64,000 nt of DNA from Planctomycetota bacterium (lineage in GTDB: Bacteria > Planctomycetota > PUPC01 > JACPCR01): positions 181,186-245,185 of the forward strand of contig JACPCR010000064.1 of the NCBI GenBank assembly GCA_016179685.1, written 5' to 3'. Numbering within the stretch: position 1 is the stretch's first letter; each line of letters begins with the position of its first letter. Made by a program: the position numbers and the translations under genes. The notes under the pieces were generated by a model, which had not been told where the DNA came from, did not search any database, and was given only the letters and a program-made list of their open reading frames with translations. This document shows, piece after piece, positions 57,941 through 64,000 of the stretch.

Positions 57941-59233
57941 ATGCATGCGCGTGTTTCCGTATTTCGCCCGCATTGCCTCATGTACCCGCGTGCGGAAGTA
58001 GGATTCCACTTCCCGGCGCAGGTACTCGTCTGCCTCGCCCTGGCCGCGCTGGCATGGGCCGAGGGCCCCGCGCCCGGCCTCCCTCCGGATGCGTTCTCTC
58101 CCGCACCCCCGGCAACCACGTCCCCGGAGTCACCCGGTGACGCCCCTGTCGAGGCCCCGACGGCCTCCCCGCCGCCTCATGCGCCCGGGAACGAGTGGGC
58201 GGACGAGGCTTCGCCAGCGCCCGGGAGCGAGGCTGCGAACGAGCCTGAACCAGCGCCACCAGGAACGCCACTGCGTCTGCCGGCCGGAAACGCCGTCCGG
58301 CACGACGACATTCAAATCACCGCCTCGGTCGATAATTCGCGGCCCAGCATCGGCGATTGGGTCACCTATCGCCTTCGGGCCGAGGGGCCCGAAGGCATCG
58401 AGCTGCGCCGCGCCGAAATCCCCGAAAAGATGCCGGACTACCTGGCCCTGAAGGGCCGTCTCGCTTCGGAAAGCCGGACCGAGAACGGCCGCGTCTCCCG
58501 GACCTGGGAGTTCCTCCTCGATTTCTACTTCTCCGGGCAGTTCCCCCTTCCGCCCATCGTGGTCACCTACCGCGGGCTGGATGGGACCGAAAAACAGGTC
58601 ATTGCGCCCCTGTTCCTGCTCGACATCCAGGGCCTGCAACTCGATCCCGATCACCCCGCCGATATCCGTCCCAACAAGCCCATGAGAGACATCCCCACGA
58701 GCCGTCGCCGGGCATGGATCATCACCGGGTCCGTCCTCTCAGCCCTCGCCCTCGCCTCATTAGGCCTCTTCTTCTTGCTCCGCTGGTGGTGTCGTCCGGA
58801 GGACACGCCTCCGCTCCCCGCCCATCTCCTCGCCTACGAGCAGATGCGGCGGCTTGTCGAAGACCGCCTCGTGGAACAGGGGCGCATCGAGGAATACTAT
58901 GTGCGTCTCTCCGATATCTGCCGTCACTACCTCGAGAACCGCTTCGACCTCCGAGCACCCGAGTGCACCACGGAGGAGTTCCTTGCCGAGATGGCCCAGA
59001 CTCGCCTGCTGACGGACCACCAGAAGCAGCGGGTGAGGGATTTTCTCGGGCATTGCGACTTGGTCAAGTTCGCTCGTTACGGCCCCACGGTGGAGGAGAT
59101 GCAGCAGGCTTTTGATGCGGCCAAGCGCCTCGTGGACGAGACGCGGGAGCGCACCCCGGACGAAATGGAAGCGGGCGCGCCCGAAGGAGAAAACGTCGAG
59201 CCGGCGCAGGCTGTGGGTCCCAAAGTGGAGTGA
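57941..59233 (+). CDS. DUF4381-like membrane protein (Bat-operon associated)
   Basis: 430-aa ORF; alternative start ATG ~57980; signal-like segment, Pro/Ala-rich linker, single TM (WIITGSVLSALALASLGLFFLL), C-terminal ...CDLVKFARYGPT motif. Confidence 0.5.
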   Translation: MHARVSVFRPHCLMYPRAEVGFHFPAQVLVCLALAALAWAEGPAPGLPPDAFSPAPPATTSPESPGDAPVEAPTASPPPHAPGNEWADEASPAPGSEAANEPEPAPPGTPLRLPAGNAVRHDDIQITASVDNSRPSIGDWVTYRLRAEGPEGIELRRAEIPEKMPDYLALKGRLASESRTENGRVSRTWEFLLDFYFSGQFPLPPIVVTYRGLDGTEKQVIAPLFLLDIQGLQLDPDHPADIRPNKPMRDIPTSRRRAWIITGSVLSALALASLGLFFLLRWWCRPEDTPPLPAHLLAYEQMRRLVEDRLVEQGRIEEYYVRLSDICRHYLENRFDLRAPECTTEEFLAEMAQTRLLTDHQKQRVRDFLGHCDLVKFARYGPTVEEMQQAFDAAKRLVDETRERTPDEMEAGAPEGENVEPAQAVGPKVE

Positions 59234-59241
59234 CCGGTGTC

Positions 59242-60348
59242 ATGTTCGCCGGACTCTTTCGTGACGTACTCGCTTTCTTCCTCCTGTTGCCCGTGGCTGG
59301 CCTGGCCGCGCTGACCCTCTACCGGGACCGAAGCGGAGGCACGCTCCGTTTCTCGTCCCTCAAGAACCTCCTGCGACTCCGGCCCTCCTGGACGCTGCGC
59401 GCCCGCGCCGCCCTGCATTTTCTGCGCCTCTTGGCCCTTGTCCTGATCGTCCTCGCTCTCGCCAGGCCACAGAAGGGCAAGGAGGAGACCCGGGTGACCA
59501 CCGAAGGCATCGATATCGAGCTGGTCGTCGACTGTTCCCTGAGCATGCGGGCCCTCGACCTCGACCCCCGAATGGCCGACATCGAGGCTACGGTGGAAGC
59601 CATCCGGTCAAGAAAACTCGACCTGACGAGCCTCAAGGACCGCCTCGAAGTCGTCAAGGAGGTGGTTGAGGAATTCGTCAAGGGCCGCGAAGGCGACCGG
59701 ATCGGCCTGACCGTTTTTGCGGATACGGCCCAGCTTCAGTGTCCGCTGACGACGAACCACGGCATTCTGCTGGACTTCGTGCGCCGGCTGCGCCTGCCTT
59801 CCTGGCGCGAGATGGTTCAGGCGGAGGAGCGCGGCGAGCCGATCTGGGGCAATCAGACCGCCATCGGCCTGGGCCTCGCCTCCGGCGTCCGGCGGCTCGA
59901 GAAGTCCGGGGCCAAGTCCCGGGTCCTCATTCTGCTGACCGACGGCAGCAACAACGTTTGGGAGCTGACGCCGGAGACCGCGGTGGAGATGGCCGCGGCC
60001 CTGGGCATCCGAATCTATGCCATCGGCGCGGGGACCGACGACCAGGCCTACGCACTCGTCGAGCAGTGGGACGGATCGCCCGCCCTCCGGGCCATTCCCG
60101 GCGCGGCGATCGATGAGAAATTTCTCCAGAAAGCCGCGGAGAGCACCGGCGGCCGCTATTTTCGCGCCCGCGATGAGCAATCCCTTCGGGAGATTTACCG
60201 GGAGATCGACCAGCTTGAAAAGGTCAGGACCGAAGGGGCCAAGTACACGGAGTACCGGGAACTGTTTCCGTACCTGCTGCTGCCCGCGGCCGGGCTCCTG
60301 CTTTTCGAGATCGGACTCGGCCGCACTCGTCTGAGGAAACTCCCTTGA
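59242..60348 (+). CDS. BatA-like vWA-domain membrane protein
   Basis: ORF 59230..60348; ATG 59242; two N-terminal TM helices then vWA MIDAS-like region (DCSLSM ... LTDGSNN), C-terminal TM. Confidence 0.7.
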   Translation: MFAGLFRDVLAFFLLLPVAGLAALTLYRDRSGGTLRFSSLKNLLRLRPSWTLRARAALHFLRLLALVLIVLALARPQKGKEETRVTTEGIDIELVVDCSLSMRALDLDPRMADIEATVEAIRSRKLDLTSLKDRLEVVKEVVEEFVKGREGDRIGLTVFADTAQLQCPLTTNHGILLDFVRRLRLPSWREMVQAEERGEPIWGNQTAIGLGLASGVRRLEKSGAKSRVLILLTDGSNNVWELTPETAVEMAAALGIRIYAIGAGTDDQAYALVEQWDGSPALRAIPGAAIDEKFLQKAAESTGGRYFRARDEQSLREIYREIDQLEKVRTEGAKYTEYRELFPYLLLPAAGLLLFEIGLGRTRLRKLP

Positions 60349-61373
60349 ATTTCGCTGCGCCGCATTACCTCTATGCCACCGCGCTGTTCGTGCCCGCGTT
60401 CATCCTTTTCAACGCCTGGGCGCAGGCCCAGGCGCGGCGCGCCCTCCAGCGCTTCGTCGGGACCGAGTTGCTCGATCGCTTGACTCAGTCCGTCAGCCCG
60501 GCCCGGCAAAAAGTCAAGGCCGCTCTCCTCCTTCTCGGCCTCGTCCTTCTGGGCATCAGCCTCGCCCGGCCCCGGTGGGGCGCAACCACCGAAACCCTCC
60601 GCCGAAAAGGCGTGGAAATCCTTCTGGCCGTCGATGTCTCCAAGTCCATGCTCGCCCGGGACCTCGCACCCAGCCGCATCGAAAGGGCGCGTCGCGAGCT
60701 CCAGGACCTCCTCCGCCTCCTCGAAGGACACCGCGTCGGCCTCATCGCTTTCGCCGGCGAGGCCTTTGTGCACTGCCCGCCGACCACCGACCTGGACGCC
60801 TGCTCCCTGTTCATCGACAGCATGGACGTCGGCCTCATCGGCCGCGGCGGCACGCACATCGGCGACGCCATCCGCCAGGCAAATCGTGTCTTCGCTCAAA
60901 GCCCCGCTTCCCATAAGGCGCTCATCCTGATCACCGACGGCGAAGACCACGATACGGAGCCCGTCGCCGCCGCCCAGGACACTCTGAAAGTCGGTGGAAA
61001 AATTTATGCCATCGGCATGGGAACGCCCGAAGGGTCTTTCATTCCGGTACTCGATGAGAGGGGCAACACATCCTACCTGAAGGACCGGCAGGGCCAGTAC
61101 GTGCAGGCCCGCCTCGATGAGACCACGCTGCAAAAAATCGCCCTGGAAACGGGCGGGGCATATCATCGCGCCACGGGAGCGGGACTTGAGCTGCAAGAAA
61201 TCCTGAAAAAAATAGAATCCCTGGAAAAGTCGGAGCTGGAGTCCCAGAAGCTTCAACGTTTCCAGGAACGTTACCAGCTCTTCCTGCTGGCTGGCTTCGC
61301 CCTGCTGATGGTCGAGGCCGGACTGACCGACCGCCGGCGCCGGGCCTCCATCGGCGCAGTCCCCATGACATGA
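60345..61373 (+). CDS. BatB-like vWA-domain membrane protein
   Basis: TTG start overlapping previous stop; N-terminal TM helices; vWA motifs (DVSKSM ... ITDGEDH); C-terminal TM. Confidence 0.7.
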   Translation: MNFAAPHYLYATALFVPAFILFNAWAQAQARRALQRFVGTELLDRLTQSVSPARQKVKAALLLLGLVLLGISLARPRWGATTETLRRKGVEILLAVDVSKSMLARDLAPSRIERARRELQDLLRLLEGHRVGLIAFAGEAFVHCPPTTDLDACSLFIDSMDVGLIGRGGTHIGDAIRQANRVFAQSPASHKALILITDGEDHDTEPVAAAQDTLKVGGKIYAIGMGTPEGSFIPVLDERGNTSYLKDRQGQYVQARLDETTLQKIALETGGAYHRATGAGLELQEILKKIESLEKSELESQKLQRFQERYQLFLLAGFALLMVEAGLTDRRRRASIGAVPMT

Positions 61374-62269
61374 AATCCAGAAAGCAAGTCCCCATCCTGC
61401 TCCTCGCCTTCGCTGCCTCCGCCTCCGCAGAGTCGGTCGCCGGACGCGTCCGCGAAGCCAACCAGCGGTATCGCCAGAACGACCTTGAAGGAGCCATGAA
61501 CCTGTATCAGGACGCGCGGACCGACGCGCCCGAGTCCCCTGAGTTGGCTTACAACATCGGGAATGTCTATTTTCAGGAGAAAAAGCTCGATGAGGCCATT
61601 CGCTCCTTTCAGGAGGCAGCGCAGAAGGGCGATGCGGCCCTGAAGGCCGACGCCCTTTTCAATCTGGGAAACTGCACCTACCGCCGGGCCCAGCAGAAGG
61701 AATCGGCCGAGAAGCTCGATGAAGCCCTGCAGGACGCCCGGACGGCCCTCGATCTCTACAAGGAGGCGCGCCAGACGCGTAAGGCCCTGATGCGGGATGG
61801 CGCTTCGGAGGACCCGGACCTGGATCACAACATCGAGTTCACCCAGCGGGAAATCCGGCGCATCCTGGATAAGATGCTTCAGCGGGCGAAACAGAACGAA
61901 AAGAGCAACCAGGACTCCAGCTCGCAGGGAGAGAAACAGCAGCAACAGCAGGAGCAACGGGCCGGGGATGAAAAGGCCAGGCCTGACCCGTCGCGTTCAC
62001 AAGACGAGGAGAAAAAGCAGGAGGGGAAAGCGCCGGAACAGGAGCAGGAGGAAGCCGCGGCGCAGCCAAAGCCCGCCGGAGGAAAGAAGGAAGACCCGGA
62101 GGGAAAGGAGGACAAGGAAAGCGACGGGAAGGATGCCCGCGCTCAACGCCTGACGCCGGAACAGGCCCGGGCCTTGCTGGACCGGCTTTCCGACAAGGAA
62201 AAGGAAGAGCTGAAAAAGAGGAAGATGCAGGCCAGGGGCGGAGGGCATTACACCGACCGCGACTGGTAA
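61370..62269 (+). CDS. BatC-like TPR-repeat protein with charged low-complexity tail
   Basis: ATG overlaps previous stop (ATGA); signal-like N-terminus, TPR-like units, then Q/E/K-rich tail. Confidence 0.65.
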   Translation: MKSRKQVPILLLAFAASASAESVAGRVREANQRYRQNDLEGAMNLYQDARTDAPESPELAYNIGNVYFQEKKLDEAIRSFQEAAQKGDAALKADALFNLGNCTYRRAQQKESAEKLDEALQDARTALDLYKEARQTRKALMRDGASEDPDLDHNIEFTQREIRRILDKMLQRAKQNEKSNQDSSSQGEKQQQQQEQRAGDEKARPDPSRSQDEEKKQEGKAPEQEQEEAAAQPKPAGGKKEDPEGKEDKESDGKDARAQRLTPEQARALLDRLSDKEKEELKKRKMQARGGGHYTDRDW

Positions 62270-62469
62270 CTCCTTGATGGAGACGCCGCCTGCAAGGGTC
62301 AAGACCGTAACAGATGAGACCCGCCTTGGATTCTCGTGCCTTATTGTTCTCGTTGCCCTCGTCCTCGTCGTCGAAATGTCCGCTCGGGCTTCGAGAACGA
62401 ACACGAGCACGGATGAACGGGGATACGAGCGTCAACGCTCCGGTGTTCAGACACATCATCGTTACAACC

Positions 62470-64000
62470 ATGGGTCCGTGGATATCGACCATCTCTCAGC
62501 CGTTTCTCCTGACGGGCCCCCTCCTTTGCCTTCTCCTGGCGCTCCTCGGCGTCCAGCTTGACGCCCGCGGGGAAGTCTCCGTGTCCGCGGAAATCCATCC
62601 GCCCCGCGTTTCCCTGGGCGAGGCCGCGGTCCTCGAGGTCCAGATCACCGGGTCGACCAAAGCCTCCCCTCCGGCCTTCCCTGAGATCGCCGGTCTCGGC
62701 TTCTCCCGATGCAGCCAGTCCACTCAGACCTTCGTCGTCAATGGCCGAGTCTCCCAAAACATCGCCTTCTCCTGCCAGGTCATGCCCGAAAGGGCCGGTA
62801 ACTATACCCTCCAGGGCATCACCCTCGAAATCGATCGTCAGGTCCATGCCGTCCCGCCCGTCTCCCTCGAGGTCGCACCGGCCAGCCGCACGAACGACGT
62901 CCTCGCTATCGTCGGCCTGAGCAAGCCCGAGATCGTCGTCGGCGAGCCTGTCCTGCTCACGGTCGACTGGCTCTTGCGCAAGGATATCCAAGGCTACGAA
63001 ATCCGCATCCCCTGGTTTCCTCCCAGAGATTTCACCGTGATGGATCCGATCCATCGCCGATCCCAGCAGGGACAGAGTCTCCCCAACGAGGACGACGAGG
63101 TGGTCGTCATCAATCCTCAGACCGCTGGCCAGAAGGTCTTTTTTCAGCGGGGTCAGGCACAGCACGACGACCGCGAATACACCCGCTTCCGCCTCCAGCG
63201 CCTTCTCACCACGCTCAAGCCGGGTTCCTATCGATTCGAACCGACGCAGATTCTTTGCCGGATTGTCACGGGCGCGAAGTCCTCCAAACGCCGAAACTTC
63301 TTCGGCGACGAGGACCCCTTCGAGGCCTTTGGCTTCGGTAACCGATCCCGTGTGGAACTGAAGTCCCTGCTCATCACGGCCGACCCCGTTGTGCTCGACG
63401 TGAAGCCGCTGCCCGAAGAGGGCCGCCCCGAGGGTTTTTCCGGCAGCGTGGGCTCGTTCGAGCTCGAAGTCTCGGCTTCGCCGCGGAAGGTCAAAGTGGG
63501 CGATCCGGTCACCCTCACGTTGACCGTCAGGGGGAGAGGCAGCTTTGAGACCGTAACTTGTCCGGGACTTGAAAGTGTCTTGGGATTCCGGGAATACGAA
63601 GCGGAAAGCAAGGTCTCTTGTGAGGCCGATGGGGCGGCCTTCCGGGGTGAGAAAACGTTTTCGAAGCCTCTCGTCCCGACGGAAGAATCGGTTCGGGAAA
63701 TTCCTCGCGTTCGCTTCTCCTACTTCGATCCGGAGCGCCGGGAATACCAGACGGTCGTCCGCGGTCCCTTTCCCATCGAGGTCGCCCCGTCGCTGAGCGA
63801 CGGGACCGTGGGGTTGGTCACTGCGCCGGAGCCCGGACAAAAAAAGATGGACGTCCGGCCAGCGGCCGGCGTTTTCCCCTTGCGGAAGCCTTCGCTGACG
63901 CAGTTTCGTGACCGCTCCCTGCCCTGGTATCTCCGGCCCGGGTTGTGGCTGCTCCTTCCCTTGCCCGCCTTCCTCTGCCTCGCCTGCGCCCTTTTCGAGC
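62470..64000 (+). CDS. BatD-like protein (oxygen-tolerance family), 3' end beyond window
   Basis: not in ORF track (no stop before window end); hand translation from ATG 62470 gives signal-like start MGPWISTISQPFLLTGPLLCLLLALLG and stays open to 64000; BatD-like blocks (FSGSVGSFELEVSASPRKVKVGDPVTL) and late TM segment. Confidence 0.6.
   Translation, partial: MGPWISTISQPFLLTGPLLCLLLALLGVQLDARGEVSVSAEIHPPRVSLGEAAVLEVQITGSTKASPPAFPEIAGLGFSRCSQSTQTFVVNGRVSQNIAFSCQVMPERAGNYTLQGITLEIDRQVHAVPPVSLEVAPASRTNDVLAIVGLSKPEIVVGEPVLLTVDWLLRKDIQGYEIRIPWFPPRDFTVMDPIHRRSQQGQSLPNEDDEVVVINPQTAGQKVFFQRGQAQHDDREYTRFRLQRLLTTLKPGSYRFEPTQILCRIVTGAKSSKRRNFFGDEDPFEAFGFGNRSRVELKSLLITADPVVLDVKPLPEEGRPEGFSGSVGSFELEVSASPRKVKVGDPVTLTLTVRGRGSFETVTCPGLESVLGFREYEAESKVSCEADGAAFRGEKTFSKPLVPTEESVREIPRVRFSYFDPERREYQTVVRGPFPIEVAPSLSDGTVGLVTAPEPGQKKMDVRPAAGVFPLRKPSLTQFRDRSLPWYLRPGLWLLLPLPAFLCLACALFE

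Noticed and set aside
1-64000. tRNA, rRNA or other structured RNA genes
   Set aside because: No T-loop-like GGTTCGAATCC motifs or rRNA-like conserved stretches were noticed by eye; a tRNAscan/Infernal run would be needed to exclude them

Overview
High-GC (~63-65%) bacterial chromosomal window, dense with metabolic and secreted-protein genes; the gene content (four PhyH-family dioxygenases, xylose-isomerase-like TIM barrel, Gfo/Idh/MocA, HEAT-repeat proteins, frequent lack of Shine-Dalgarno) is reminiscent of Planctomycetota/Verrucomicrobiota, but this is a guess. All family assignments are from reading the translated ORFs by eye; no database search was run. Main content: (1) 1-27.7 kb, metabolic genes including two tandem Hsp20 genes, PPK2, dapB, aldehyde dehydrogenase and aminotransferases; (2) 28-40.7 kb, a secreted Thr/Ser-rich repeat protein, a second Ldh_2/PhyH/creatininase cluster, a secreted caspase(C14)-FGE fusion protein and a solitary mraY; (3) 40.7-52.6 kb, a compositionally distinct, partly decayed defense-type island: a three-gene cassette of unknown function, then a single minus-strand array HigB / HTH-ImmA / beta-class DNA methyltransferase / DUF433-DUF5615 / Res-like ATPase-nuclease, plus SNF2 and GspE gene remnants; (4) 52.6-64 kb, a fused E1 dehydrogenase and a Bat-like (aerotolerance-type) vWA/TPR operon lacking MoxR. 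A family of GTAG/GTAC-initiated REP-like palindromes with a conserved AAGTGC-N4-GCACTT core recurs at least ten times in intergenic DNA. Several genes carry frameshifts, so assembly error is a live alternative to biology for those. No rRNA, tRNA or CRISPR array was recognised by eye. Coordinates I derived by counting sequence lines may be off by 1-2 nt; ORF-track coordinates are exact.
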